Of a stretch of DNA of 64,000 bases, positions 38,301 through 54,458 are shown in pieces. The position numbers and the translations under genes are program-made. Numbering within the stretch: position 1 is the stretch's first letter; every line of letters begins with the position of its first letter. The notes under the pieces are model-generated. The model was given only the letters and a program-made list of their open reading frames with translations, made no database searches and was not told the origin of the DNA. The stretch comes from Eledone cirrhosa (lineage: Eukaryota): assembly GCA_964016885.1 (NCBI GenBank), contig OZ024757.1, positions 4,774,001 to 4,838,000 on the forward strand. The letters are read 5' to 3'.

Positions 38301-40679
38301 TTAATTCCTGTCGCTTATTTAATAGGATATCCTTAGATTTCATTATTTCAAATAGTTCTTGGGAACATAATCTACATTCATTTCTATTATTTTGATAAGG
38401 GGTGGCTCTTTTGAGCACACTCCACGTCATATCATATTCTATATTCTTATTTCTATAACTATTAATTTTTTCTGCTAGAGATGTTGTATTAGCCAGTGCG
38501 GCATTTTTAAAACTATGTTTGTGGGTATTAAACCTTACCTTAAAATTGTTAGAAGTAGCTCTTATATATGAGCAAATAGAATCTTTAGTTTTAACATTAC
38601 ATTTATAAACTATGTTGTTAACAAAACAATTTCCTTTTAATGGGCAGTTTGCTTTGTTTCTACAGTTACAACCTTTCATTAATTCTGTATTTGAGGAGAT
38701 ATTATGGTTAGTTTGATGTATTGGTGGTATACTTATGGTATTTTTACATTTATATGCATTATAGGCACTTATATTTTGTTTTATGTTTTTGGTTGTTGAG
38801 TATGAGAATTTAACTGTTGACCTATTTAAGATTTGATGGTATTTGTGGTTTGGCGGGAAGTTTTTCTCTAGGATATAAACATTTTTTTTAGCAATATTAT
38901 CCTTAATTTGTAAATTAAATGGAGCATTATACCAAGTAACTCGTCTATTACGGTTTCTATGTTGTTTATTATTTTTATAGGTTGTATCGTGATGTTTACT
39001 AGGAGGATTAATGTTAATGACCTCACCACGCACATTTTTAGTTAGATTTATTGATTTAGGTGTTTTATCTTGTTTATTAGGAGTTTTATTATTAACATTT
39101 ATTAGAGTTGTATGATGAGTAGTTTTTTGAGAGTTACTATACTTTATATTAGAGGAGTTGTTGGTATTTTGGGGTATAGTGTGGGTGGCATTTAGGTGTG
39201 TACTTTTCATTTGGTGTTTGTTGGTAATATTAGGTTGTATGTTTATAGTATTTTTAGTAGAAGGTATATATTCTAATCTATTTTTGTGGCCACTTCTATC
39301 TAGAGCTTCGTTATAGAAGGTCGCATTTTTATCAAATACATCTTGGTTAGACGAAAGGTTAGAAATTCTAAGTGATATATTATATGCAAGGTTTTTAAGG
39401 ATAGATTTAGGGTGATTAGATTGTGAGTGTATGTAGTGTAAGTTTTGGTTGGGTTTATGGTAAGGTTGGTAGATATCCGTAGCTAAGTCTAAAGTTATAT
39501 CTAGGAAATTAACTACTTTACTTGTGTTTTCAAAAGTAATATCAAGACTATAATAGTCTTTAAGGAAAGTTCTAATAAGCTTTTTGTTTTTTTCTATTTC
39601 TGAGAGGCTAAGGTTGTTGGAAAGAAGAAGACAGTCATCACGATATAAACCACCTTTAAGGTGGGGAAAGGAAGCATTTATGTTGAAAAGAAGAAAGAGG
39701 CCCACAAGATCAGTAATTTGGGCAGAATCGCTTGAGCCCATAGTAATATCAAATAGATTACTATATGTGTTTCTGGTCCAGTATTCATTCTGAAATTCAA
39801 TAAGTGTTAGTCTAGCATGTGTAATAATATTAATGTCATCCAAAGTTAAGTTAGATCTATTTTTAGCAAATATCAAAGCTTTGTTCAGGAGTATAGGTGA
39901 TATAGAAGAATAGTAATTATCTATATCAAATTGTAGAAATGAAGCAGAAGATTTACATCTAATATTTTTAAACCAGTTAATTACCTGGGAAGTGTTTTCC
40001 CAGAGTGGTAAATTAACATGTTTTCTTATTTGTGGGATGACTCTATCCAAAATGTTTTTGCTAATTATTCCAATATCAGATTTGGAGGGACATATAAGTC
40101 TTATAGAAGGATTTGAGTTAAAGTTTGATTTATGATCCTTCAGGTTGAAGTGTGGTCTTTTCAATGCCAAAGGTTCAGTTCTATCTTCAATGTTTAGTTT
40201 TTTTACTATGTTGTGTGTTTTGTTGTTGATGTTGGTGAGTGACGCATTATTAGATTTTTTATAATTTTTCCTGAGTTCTTTATATATGAACTCATTATAA
40301 TCTTCAATATCCATGTGATACAAGTTTCCAGTTTTGTCCGAGTGGACATGGATTTTTTTAGACTTTTTAGGTCCAATAGGGTAGAATCAAGGTCCTTTTG
40401 AAAGACAGATTTATACTTCTTAAATTTGAGGTGTTTAATTAAATTAAAAAGGTCTTTCTCAAAGTCTTCAAGTAGAGAGTTGTGTGGTGGATTCTTGTAA
40501 GTATTGAAATCATACATATATTTCCTATCTGCATATTTAGATTTTTTATCGAAGTGGTAGGCCCTCCATCTAACTCTTCTGATAAATTGGTTAGTTTTCT
40601 GTATCATAAGGAGTAAGAAGTCATCCTTAGAAGGTATTGGTATATTCTTTAAAGAGGTTCCCAAGTATTGTTTTTCCAT
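38245..40679 (-). CDS. Naiad-type PLE protein (RT + Zn-linker + GIY-YIG), one frameshift near 40355
   Basis: SLKNIPIPS, RVRWRA, SDKTGNLY (DKT variant of DKG), QFDIDNYYSSI, MGSSDSA, GLYRDDCL, VNFLD, CNCx5Cx5C, IVYK...YIR, CRLC, LNKRQE, CNH. Confidence 0.88.
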
Positions 40680-41029
40680 TGTGATATGGATAATGGACAA
40701 TAGAAAGAGCTCAACTAAATGTATATGGGGTTATAAAATCATACATATATATGTATATACATAAATATAAAATTAACACACACATACAGTACAAAAATAC
40801 GAATATTTCCGTGAAAATAGGAGCAAAATTATGTAGATAAATCTACCAAGAGTTTACGGTAGTGTCCAATCCGTATGAAGAACTCAATGTAATCCGGATA
40901 TCATGGAAAGAAGAGATGCATTCAAAAATCACTTTCGGTGAAAGATAAACGGAATACAGAGTCAAGATAAAGTATTAAAAAAATAATGAATAAAACAATG
41001 AAACAGTTCCTTATATTAAACAAAAAAAG

Positions 41030-41182
41030 TTCATTATTTAACGATCGTTTCTAGGACATATATGTGTTAGAATTGGCATGCATATTCAACAGATCTATGT
41101 ACAAAATTATACAAAATTATACAAACTATCAAATATAATATACATACCAACACATACATATGCCGTCTTCAGAAATAATGAA
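41030..41182 (-). ncRNA. Type-I hammerhead ribozyme in the 5' pLTR (identical to 35630-35782)
   Basis: Same sequence offset by exactly 5400 bp. Confidence 0.8.
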
Positions 41183-41496
41183 ATATATTTATTGATAATA
41201 ACAACAATTCAAAATTACAGGTCTGTTTGGGAACAGAGTTCAAATTGACCAATGAAATACACAAAAATATATCAAGAAAATACAGTTAGGTGTGTGTATA
41301 TATGTAAGTAACTTCGTTCACAGATATGCATAAAAATATATGTTCACATGCATACGCATGTCGAAAAAATGTATGTAAATACAAAAATTCAGGGCTAATG
41401 TCTCTGTATGTTTATAATCTACAGATAAAATACACATACGTATATAAACATATATACATTCATATATACACACATATACATACATTCACACACACA

Positions 41497-42981
<1,485 letters not shown>

Positions 42982-43536
42982 TAGTGTGTAATTAAGGGAC
43001 CCTCTATCACCTGAGGTATTTTATTTTCATTTGAAATTAAAATCTTTCTCTGATCTATTCTTGACTTTTTGAATTAATTTTAAATCTATGCCAGAAATTT
43101 CAGCCTTGGTTTGTCAACACTAACATTTCCTGCTATAGTGTGTGTAATTAAGGGACCTCTATCATCTAAGGTATTGCCTTCTAGGGCTATGTTGAATTTT
43201 AGAGGCCTACACCAACATTCCCTGTTGTAGTGTGTAATTGGAGGGCCCTCTGTCACATGAGGTATTGCTGTGAGTGTCCAGTCTCAGAAATTTTAGAGGG
43301 TAACACCAACATTCTCTGTTACAGTAATTGAAGGAGTAGTTTTACCTGTTTTTCTTTTTCTTTCTGACTCCCTTTTTTTTTTATTGATTTCATTGTTTTG
43401 TAAACAATTTATTAATTTTTCATAATTAATTTTATAAATTCTATTTATGTCCTAAATTTCATTCTATTTGATGTTAATAAAAGAATTATATTTAAGGAAT
43501 TTATCAAGTCTGTAATTTCAACATTTTGTTATTTTG

Positions 43537-45930
43537 CCATCTAAATCTCTGTTATTAACACCATATGTAATGATATCATCTTGTAAATAGTTTTAATACA
43601 TCTAACACCCATCTAAATCTGTTATTAACACCATATGTAATGATATCATCTTGTAAGTAGTATTAATACATCTAACACCATCTAAATCTCTGTTATTAAC
43701 ACCATATGTAATGATATCTTGTAAGTAGTTTTAATACATCTAACACCCATCTAAATCTCTGTTATTAACACCATATGTAATGATATCATCTTGTTAATAG
43801 TTTTAATACATCTAACACCCATCTAAATCTGTTATTAACACCATATGTAATGATATCATCTTGTAAGTAGTTTTAATACATCTAACACCCATCTAAATCT
43901 CTGTTATTAACACCATATGTAATGATATAATCTTGTAAGTAGTTTTAGTGCATCTAACACCCATCTAAATCTCTGTTATTAACACCATATGTAATGATAT
44001 CATGTAAGTAGTTTTAATACATCTAACACCCATCTAAATCTCTGTTATTAACACCATATGTAATGATATCATGTAAGTAGTTTTAATACATCTAACATCC
44101 ATCTAAATCTCTGTTATTAACACCATATGTAATGATATCTTGTAAGTAGTCTTAATACATCTAACACCCATCTAAATCTCAGTTATTAACACCATATGTA
44201 ATGATATCATCTTGTAAATAGTTTTAATACATCTAACACCCATCTAAATCTGTTATTAACACCATATGTAATGATATCATCTTGTAAGTAGTTTTAATAC
44301 ATCATACACTCATCTAAATTTCTGTTATTAATACCATATGCAATGATATCATCTTGTGAGTAGTTTTAATACATCTAACACCCATCTAAATCTCTGTTAT
44401 TAACACCATATGTAATGATATCATCTTGTAAGTAGTTTTAATACATCATACACTCATCTAAATTTCTGTTATTAATACCATATGCAATGATATCATCTTG
44501 TGAGTAGTTTTAATACATCTAATACCCATCTAAATCTCTGTTATTAACACCATATATAAGGATATCAACATGTAAGTAGTTTTAATACATCTAACACCCA
44601 TCTAAATCTCTGTTATTAACACCTTATGTAATGATATCTTGTAAGTAGTCTTAATACATCTAACACCCATCTAAATCTCTGTTATTAACACCATATGTAA
44701 TGATATCATCTTGTAAATAGTTTTAATACATCTAACACCCATCTAAATCTGTTATTAACACCATATGTAATGATATCATCTTGTAAGTAGTTTTAATACA
44801 TCATACACTCATCTAAATTTCTGTTATTAATACCATATGCAATGATATCATCTTGTGAGTAGTTTTAATACATCTAACACCCATCTAAATCTCTGTTATT
44901 AACACCATATGTAATGATATCATCTTGTAAGTAGTTTTAATACATCATACACTCATCTAAATTTCTGTTATTAATACCATATGCAATGATATCATCTTGT
45001 GAGTAGTTTTAATACATCTAATACCCATCTAAATCTCTGTTATTAACACCATATATAAGGATATCAACTTGTAAGTAGTTTTAATATATCTAACACCCAT
45101 CTAAATCTCTGTTATTAACACCTTATGTAATGATATCATCTTGTAAGTAGTTTTAATACATCTGTAGTGGTTGTGTGTGTATAATGGTGAAATATTGATA
45201 AGGCATGTCTATGCCGGAAAAATGAACAAGTAGGTGAATGGATTCATTATAAAAATAATTTATTTCACTGGAACTTAATTTGTGGTTATGTACACATCAT
45301 GCTTTACTACATACAAAAATGTTAATGTTGACAACTGCTACGAGCTGTTAGAAAATAGAACCAGGATACATTTGTGGAACTGGTGTGTTAGAATGAATAT
45401 GTTTGTGTGAGTGTGTGTGTGTAGTTCATCTGACACAGTAGGTCTCTCTGTGTGGTGTCAGACCAGCTTTCTGTCCTGGGTTTCCCTTGACTCTCATATA
45501 TATAATGTTGCGATGGCTAGAATGATAGACATACCGCAACAGGGTTTCTACGTCCTTCGGTCAATTTGACTTTGGCTTGACCTAGCTGAGGTCGTAGGTC
45601 AAAGAGAGGCGATCAATCACTTTTTGACAGGACAAAGAAAAAACCTTTCTTTGGCGCCTGTCGTCGTGATTTTGAACAGCGAGAATTCTTAGATTCGGTT
45701 TTGAATCTAGGCTTGGAGAAGGAAGTGTTATTTGTTACACATCTAACACCCATCTAAATCTCTGTTATTAACACCAAATGTAATGATATCAACTTGTAAG
45801 TAGTTTTAATACATCTAACACCCATCTAAATCTCTGTTATTAACACCATATGTAATGATATCACCTTGTAAGTAGTTTTAATACATCTCACACCCATCTA
45901 AATCTGTTATTCACACCATATGTAATGATA
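43537..45930. repeat. 72-bp minisatellite, array 2 (interrupted by a solo LTR)
   Basis: Same unit as 28945-30019. Confidence 0.95.
45163..45739. mobile_element. 577-bp solo LTR (Ty3/gypsy-like)
   Basis: TGTA...TACA termini, 4-bp target duplication CATC (45159-45162 and 45740-45743), clean insertion into a satellite unit. Confidence 0.8.
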
Positions 45931-46896
45931 TTTTAGAAGAAGTTAGTTATGTAGAGATATTTAGAAGAGGTTGTTTAGTAGAAAAATGAAAATTTAGTCA
46001 CAAAATATCACAAACTGTTGAAGTAGTTGTTTGTTGTTGAACTTGTAGTAATGGAGATTTCTGGCATTCTTGGTTCCTATACCACCTCCCTACTAACTGT
46101 TATCAGGGTGGAGTTAGCTACACACAGGAGTGTCTTGTTAAACTATAGTGGTGGAGACAATTGTCAGACTTGGTCCCTAAACTACCTCCCTACTAACTCT
46201 TATCAGGGTGGAGTTGTCCACACACAGGAGAAAGCCCCACAAGTTTTAAAAGCTATTTCAACACATCTCACTTGCTGTCCTCCAGGGTAACCCCCTTTCA
46301 CCATTCTGTCCTCTCCTGGGACCACAAGGTAGCTGGTACCTAATGTTCTCCATGCCTGAGAGAATTCTCCCAAACTGTCCAGGTTTGTATCATTGGGGGT
46401 AGTGATGGTATAGTTTACTGATTGTTGTTAGTCACAGTCAATTATAAGAAATGTTTCAAGAAATATGAAGCAACAAATATCATTTGCTAAAACTAGTTAA
46501 ATCTCTGTTGATTTGTAAATTAGGCTCAAGAGCAGCAGATTTAGGAGAGGAGAAAAGTTGATTAAACCAACCCCAATACATGACTGGTAATATATTTTAT
46601 CAACTCTAGAATGTTGAAATAATTATTTGACCTTGGCAGGATTTGAGCTGGGAATGTTAAGAACCAGAACAAATACTGCAATAATATTTTATCTGGTGCT
46701 CTACCAATTCTGCCATTCTACCATCTTTGTTTAAATCTATATTAAAGTAAATGTAGAATATGTCCATCTACCATTTGAAATTCTACTGAGATAGGCCCAG
46801 AACAACACAGTAGTGTTTCAATAGAACACATACACACAAACATTTTCTTCACTGTAATATCAATTCTCAACTTTTAAATATACTTCAAGAATTACT

Positions 46897-47215
46897 ATGG
46901 AGGACGTTAAACAGTTGGACATTTCTAACACAGCTGTTTTTACCAATATAGATACAGTTACACAGTCATACAGTGGTAAGAAACTTCTATCTAGTGAAAC
47001 ATGTACTGAACATGGATCATTACACAGAAATATTCCTGAATATAGCTGGGAGATTTGTAGGAAAACTTTCGCATCAGAAGATGAAGTATCTACACACAAA
47101 CACATACATATTAAAGACAAACCCTGTCACTGTGAAATATGTGGGAAATATTTTGCTTCCAACAGTAATTTAACTGTATACAAAAGAACACATACTGGAC
47201 AAAAACCCTATTACT
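46897..47215 (+). pseudogene. C2H2 ZNF 5' stub, copy B
   Basis: MEDVKQLDISNT... plus two degenerate fingers running into LINE sequence; paralogous to 31178-31575. Confidence 0.85.
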
Positions 47216-50200
47216 CTCAATTCAGAGAAGTAGCGGGTCTACCTTAAGAAACTCTATGAGGCATGCACTCTATTTAATAACATTATTCCAAGGACCCTAT
47301 TTCGGCCACTTGTATTTGTGATCATATTCTTTCAGCCATCACTTGTAGACATGGCCCTGAAATACTTGAATTTCTCCACTTGCTTCAGTGGAACTCCATT
47401 CACATGTAGAGTGCAGGGTGCAGGCTTCCTTGGGAGGATGAGTGTCTCAATTTTCACAGCACTGATTTTCAATCAAGCCATGAACACACAAACATGGATG
47501 ACTTGTCCACCACTGAAGAGACCACCAAAGCTATATAGCTGCTAAGGAGTGGCAATGCTGCAGGAGTTGAAGGAATTCTACATAAGATGTTGAAACATGG
47601 GAGCCCAGCATTACATGTGAAACTCCACAAGATCTCTGTAGTGCAATCACCATCACCCTTTACAAGAACAAAGAGGCAAAGTCAGAGTACACAAATTACT
47701 GGGGGGTTATTCTGTTCTCTGTCATGAGAAATATCCCTGCTAAGATGCTGTTGAACCAGATGGTACCTACCATTGCAGAATAACACCTCCCAGAGAGTCA
47801 GTGTAGCTACAAAGACAACAACAACACCATAGACATCACAATAACACCTCCCAGAGAGTTAGTATAGCTACAGAATCAACAACAACACCATAGACATCAC
47901 AATAACACCTCCCAGAGAGTCAGTGTAGCTACAAAGTCAACAACAACACCTCCCAGTGAGTCAGTCTAGCTACAGAGTAAACAACAACACCACACACATC
48001 ACAACAACACCTCCCAGAGAGTCAGTGTAGCTACAAAGTCAACAACAACACCATAGACATCACAATAACACCTCCCAGGGAGTCAGTGTAGCTACAGAGT
48101 CAACAACAACACCATAGACATCACAATAACACCTCCCAGAGAGTCAGTGTAGCTACAGAGTCAACAACAACACCATAGACATCACAATAACACCTCCCAG
48201 AGAGTCAGTGTAGCTACAAAGTCAACAACAACACCAGAGACATCACAATAATACCTCCCAGAGAGTCAGTGTAGCTACAAAGTCAACAATAACACCTCCC
48301 AGAGAGTCAGTCTAGCTACAAAGTCAACAACAACACCATAGACATCACAATAACACCTCCCGGGGAGTCAGTGTAGCTACAGAGTCAACAACAACACCAT
48401 AGACATCACAATAACACCTCCCAGAGAGTCAGTGTAGATATAAAGTCAACAACAACACCACAGACATCACAATAACACCTCCCAGAGAGTCAGTGTAGCT
48501 ACAAGGTCAACAACAACACCATAGACATCACAATAACACCTCCCAGAGAGTCAGTGTAGCTACAAAGTCAACAACAACACCAGAGACATCACAATAATAC
48601 CTCCCAGAGAGTTAGTGTAGCTACAAAGTCAACAATAACACCTCCCAGAGAGTCAGTGTAGCTACAAAGTCAACAACAACACCACAGACATCACAATAAC
48701 ACCTCCCAGAGAGTCAGTCTAGCTACAAAGACAACTACACCACCATAGACATCACAATAACACCTCCCAGAGAGTCAGTGTAGCTACAGAGTCAACAACA
48801 ACACCATAGACATCACAATAACACCTCCCAGAGTGTCAGTGTAGCTACAGAGTCAACAACAACACCACAGACATCACAATAACACCTCCCAGAGAGTCAG
48901 TCTAGCTACAAAGACAACTACACCACCATAGACATCACAATAACACCTCCCAGAGAGTCAGTGTAGCTACAAAGTCAACAACAACATCATAGACATCACA
49001 ATAACACCTCCAAGAGAGTCAGTGTGGCTACAAAGTCAACAACAACACCATAGACATCACAATAACACCTCCCAGATAGTCAGTGTAGCTACAAAGTCAA
49101 CAACAACATCATAGACATCACAATAACACCTCCCAGATAGTCAGTGTAGCTACAAAGTCAACAACAACATCATAGACATCACAATAACACCTCCTAGAGA
49201 GTCAGTGTAGCTACAAAGTCAACAGCAACACCACAGACATCACAATAACAGCTCCCAGAGAGTCAGTGTGGCTACAAAGTCAACAACAACACCATAGACA
49301 TCACAATAACACCTCCCAGAGAGTCAGTATAGCTACAAAGTCAACAACAACATCATAGACATCACAATAACACCTCCCAGAGAGTCAGTGTAGCTACAGA
49401 GTCAACAACAACACCATAGACATCACAATAACACCTCCCAGAGTGTCAGTGTAGCTACAGAGTCAACAACAACACCATAGACATCACAATAACACCTCCC
49501 AGAGAGTCAGTCTAGCTACAAAGACAACTACACCACCATAGACATCACAATAACACCTCCCAGAGAGTCAGTGTAGCTACAGAGTCAACAACAACACCAT
49601 AGACATCACAATAACACCTCCCAGAGTGTCAGTGTAGCTACAGAGTCAACAACAACACCACAGACATCACAATAACACCTCCCAGAGAGTCAGTCTAGCT
49701 ACAAAGACAACTACACCACCATAGACATCACAATAACACCTCCCAGATAGTCAGTGTAGCTACAAAGTCAACAACAACATCATAGACATCACAATAACAC
49801 CTCCAAGAGAGTCAGTGTGGCTACAAAGTCAACAACAACACCATAGACATCACAATAACACCTCCCAGAGAGTCAGTGTAGCTACAAAGTCAACAACAAC
49901 ATCATAGACATCACAATAACACCTCCCAGATAGTCAGTGTAGCTACAAAGTCAACAACAACATCATAGACATCACAATAACACCTCCTAGAGAGTCAGTG
50001 TAGCTACAAAGTCAACAGCAACACCACAGACATCACAATAACAGCTCCCAGAGAGTCAGTGTGGCTACAAAGTCAACAACAACACCATAGACATCACAAT
50101 AACACCTCCCAGAGAGTCAGTGTAGCTACAAAGTCAACAACAACATCATAGACATCACAATAACACCTCCCAGAGAGTCAGTGTAGCTACAAAGTCAACA

Positions 50201-51825
50201 GCAACACCACAGACATCACAATAACACCTCCCAGAGAGTCAGTGTAGCTACAAAGTCAACAATAACACCTCCCAGAGAGTCAGTCTAGCTACAGAGTCAA
50301 CAATAACACCTCCCAGAGAGTCAGTGTAGCTACAAAGTCAACAACAACACCACAGACATCACAATAATACCTCCCAGAGAGTCAGTGTAGCTACAAAGTC
50401 AACAGCAACACCACAGACATCACAATAACTCCTCCCAGAGAGTCAGTGTAGCTACAAAGTCAACAACAACACCACAGACATCACAATAACACCTCCCAGA
50501 GAGTCAGTGTAGCTACAAAGTCAACAACAACACCACAGACATCACAATAACACCTCCCAAAGAGCCAGTGTAGTTACAAAGTCAACAACAACACCATAGA
50601 CAAGGTGTTCATTCTCAGGCAGCTTCAAGAGAAGTGCTGAGAGCAAAATAAAGGGCTGTATGTGGTGTTTATTGATTTTACTATAGCATTCAATATAGTG
50701 AGCAGATCATGGAATGACTCATTTGTTCCCTGAAGTTCCTGAACATCGTCATCCAGCTACAGGAAGGCTAGTGTGGTCAGGTCAGACTCATCAGTGACCT
50801 CCCAGAACCCTTCCCAAACATCAACTGTGTGTAGAAGGGTTGTGTCCTAGCACCAACTCTCTTTAGCATGATGTTCAAGTAGGTCACAGAAGATGTTGAT
50901 ACCATCTTGCCTGCAGCCTGTTTAATCTTCCTCAACTACAGGCCCACATGAAAGTCCCTGGAGCAACAGATCTGAGACTGTTTCTTTGCAGACGATGCTG
51001 CTCTTGTTGGCCTCACAGAAAGAGTCTTGCAACACATCACTTCCTGCTTCACAGAAGCTGCCCAACTCTTTAAGATGTCAGCTTAAAGAAGATAGATGTA
51101 CTCCACCAGCCTACACTTCAGGAAGAGTACATCCCTCCATATACCAATTGGTGAGACTTAGGTGAAAAATGGTCCACCTGTTCACCAACCTGGGGTGCAC
51201 CATCACGTCACATCTCAAGATCGACAGGTAACAGACTGGCAAAGGTGAGCAGTGCATTTGGCAGACTGTACAAACCTGTGTAGAATAATAAACACCCGAA
51301 GAAGGCTACCAAGATCAGAGTGTACAGAACCATAGTCCTTCCCATCTTCCTATATGGCTTAGAGTTGTGGGTCACTTAACATCACCATCTTCGTCTCCTT
51401 GAGTGCAAAACCAAGCTGGGCAGGGTACATCCCCTGGATGAAGGATCTGCCCAGGATCATGCTCTATGGTGAACTCTCCACTGGTCATTGTGACAGGGGG
51501 CCACCAAGAAGCAATACAAGGACTGTTTGAAAGAATTCCTTGTCACATCGACCATCACTGGTGGTCCACCCTAGCTGAGACATGGGACGCCTGGTGTCTC
51601 ACCAACAACCATGCTGTCTGCTCCTTGAAAAACACCCACAGGGCCACCCTCGAGGACAAGAGACCTAGGAGGAAGAACCACAACACTAAGTTATCAAACC
51701 CTTCTCCAGACCTTCATGTGTGGCTGTGCCATGCCTGTCCTACATAGGCCTGACCAGCCACAAGCAGGCCTGCAATCAACGAAGAACAACTCCTTCTTAA
51801 TCTTTGTTCTCGAAGCCAAGCCATG
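47216..51825 (+). mobile_element. Decayed RTE LINE, copy B, with an expanded 61-bp VNTR
   Basis: Near-identical to 31576-34420. Confidence 0.85.
47779..50601. repeat. 61-bp minisatellite, array 2 (~46 units)
   Basis: Same unit as 32146-33240. Confidence 0.95.
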
Positions 51826-51987
51826 TTAAATTTTATGGAGTTACAGATGGAGATATAAATATATATACAAACAATTAACACTACCAGGGGAGACAACCTC
51901 ACCATGGCATAATTCAAGTCCCAGATTAGTATGATCGAGTAGGCATATATTTAAATATTGGAAATTGTTTTAGCTGCACCCATCTAG

Positions 51988-52050
<63 letters not shown>

Positions 52051-52281
52051 GAAACACACAGATACATGCGGACACACACATATATACATGAATGCATCCG
52101 CACCCAACTGTGAGTTAAGGGTGCCAACTTCACCGATGCTGCTCAATGAATGACTGGGACAGACCAATTCAGTTTGAACCAGACTGAACCAGTATCAGAG
52201 TTAAAAATACATTATGAAGAGAGAAGAAACATTTAGATATAATTAGTAATAAAATGTATCATACCTAAACTGTTCCTAAAT

Positions 52282-52369
52282 TCCTCGACTACGTAGTTTC
52301 GTGGCATAAACAAAAACAATATATCAAAGATATAGAGTCCTTGCGAGGTCTGCCGACTTATCAAGAGGA
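52282..52369 (-). ncRNA. Type-I hammerhead, U3-A8 variant (X copy 1)
   Basis: TCCTC-TTGATAA-GTCGGCA...TGCCAC-GAAA-CTACGTAG-TC-GAGGA; GUC cleavage triplet. Confidence 0.82.
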
Positions 52370-52872
52370 TACCTCATTTTACTAGTCTCAAGAACGCGTC
52401 TACACGACGTGAGAAAGAATCCCAAAAGGCGGAGGGGGAGATAGTCACGCGATATAACGGTCGAGAAACAGAGCTAAGCCTCTTATAACCACGAAGAAAA
52501 TACCACGGAGGCGGAGGGGGTATTCATATCGAGGCCGTAGAAGAGGTAGTGAAGAAGGCGAGAAGTATGAGTAATGGAAGCTTTCCAGTTGTCCCCACAC
52601 TTCAAAGATTGCTCGACCAGAGGGAGTTATTAATATATTTAGAAACACACAGATACATGCGGACACACACATATATACATGAATGCATCCGCACCCAACT
52701 GTGAGTTAAGGGTGCCAACTTCACCGATGTTGCTCAATGAATGACTGGGACAGACCAATTCAGTTTGAACCAGACTGAACCAGTATCAGAGTTAAAAATA
52801 CATTATGAAGAGAGAAGAAACATTTAGATATAATTAGTAATAAAATGTATCATACCTAAACTGTTCCTAAAT

Positions 52873-52960
52873 TCCTCGACTACGTAGTTTCGTGGCATAA
52901 ACAAAAACAATATATCAAAGATATAGAGTCCTTGCGAGGTCTGCCGACTTATCAAGAGGA
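52873..52960 (-). ncRNA. Type-I hammerhead, U3-A8 variant (X copy 2)
   Basis: Identical motif 591 bp away. Confidence 0.82.
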
Positions 52961-53002
52961 TACCTCATTTTACTAGTCTCTTGAGACTAGTAAAATGAGG
53001 TA

Positions 53003-53090
53003 TCCTCTTGATAAGTCGGCAGACCTCGCAAGGACTCTATATCTTTGATATATTGTTTTTGTTTATGCCACGAAACTACGTAGTCGAGGA
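53003..53090 (+). ncRNA. Type-I hammerhead, U3-A8 variant (X inverted copy)
   Basis: Identical motif on the plus strand. Confidence 0.82.
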
Positions 53091-53156
53091 ATTTAGGAAC
53101 AGTTTAGGTATGATACATTTTATTACTAATTATATCTTAATGTTTCTTCTCTCTTC

Positions 53157-53306
<150 letters not shown>

Positions 53307-53379
53307 AAGAAAAAAAGATGAAATCGAAAATGCAACTGGAGTTTTATTTTAAAAAAATATATATATATTTATTTGGTTC

Positions 53380-53415
53380 CTTTACCGGTTTCGCAGTTCT
53401 TATGCTTTTCAAAAG
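53380..53415 (-). ncRNA. Minimal hammerhead-like motif, U3-A8 core (family Z, copy B)
   Basis: CTT-TTGAAAA-GCA-TAAGAAC-TGC-GAAA-CCGG-TA-AAG. Confidence 0.55.
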
Positions 53416-53992
53416 TGGTTTTTCTCACATCGCTTAGTCATATATATATTTAAAGGTTAAACAAGGTTCAATAAATAAATCATTGAATAAAGTTTTACAA
53501 TAGATTAGAAGCACTCCACAGTATTGGTTTTCCGGAGTTATTAATAATAATTCAAAATATTAACATATATATATATATGACTAAACGACTCAATGTCTTC
53601 CTCCAGTGTTTTAAACTGGAGAATATGGGCGATTTTTATTTAGAGTTAGGGGCCTTATACAGACATATATGTATATGTATATATATATATGTATATATAT
53701 ATAAAAACAAATAACGAAACGAAATTAAATTTCGTTTCATTTGTAACTCACTTTTGTATGACTGACGCTTAAACAATTAAGTTAAAAATGTACATCCACA
53801 TATGTATACTGAAATACTAGTATGCATATGAATACACACACGTATACATATGTAGATGTACCGAGTTTTTCACTGGTCACTTTACTGTGAGTGTCCAGCT
53901 ATTCTGTATGTAAACACACAGACAAACCGGTTTTTAGAGTCATACTGGTTTTTGAGGAAACACCTTTCCTCTATTCTCCAGAAAGCCAGACA

Positions 53993-54045
53993 AGGAATAT
54001 TGAACTAGTTTCGATGTTGTTACATCTCATCAGCAATATTTACCT
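53993..54045 (-). ncRNA. Canonical minimal type-I hammerhead (Y copy 1)
   Basis: AATATTG-CTGATGA-GATGT-AACA-ACATC-GAAA-CTAG-TT-CAATATT. Confidence 0.9.
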
Positions 54046-54458
54046 ATCTTCCGGCCTCTCTAGAGAATCGTAAAAGCACATATCGTTATATGCTTTTTCT
54101 ATGAAAATTAGTAGTGGGCAGACTAATTTGCATAGAGCGTGAGTACGTACCGGTTCAACGGAGACGATAAAAACAAATAACGAAACGAAATTAAATTTCG
54201 TTTCATTTGTAACTCACTTTTGTATGACTGACGCTTAAACAATTAAGTTAAAAATGTACATCCACATATGTATACTGAAATACTAGTATGCATATGAATA
54301 CACACACGTATACATATGTAGATGTACCGAGTTTTTCACTGGTCACTTTACTGTGAGTGTCCAGCTATTCTGTATGTAAACACACAGACAAACCGGTTTT
54401 TAGAGTCATACTGGTTTTTGAGGAAACACCTTTCCTCTATTCTCCAGAAAGCCAGACA

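Noticed and set aside
38245-40679. Selenocysteine recoding, as reported for some Naiad elements
   Set aside because: No in-frame TGA in the reconstructed ORF; the Cys motifs use normal codons
47779-50601. 61-bp, 72-bp and 53-bp arrays as CRISPR-like loci
   Set aside because: Pure tandem repeats with no unique spacers, no cas genes, and a eukaryotic context
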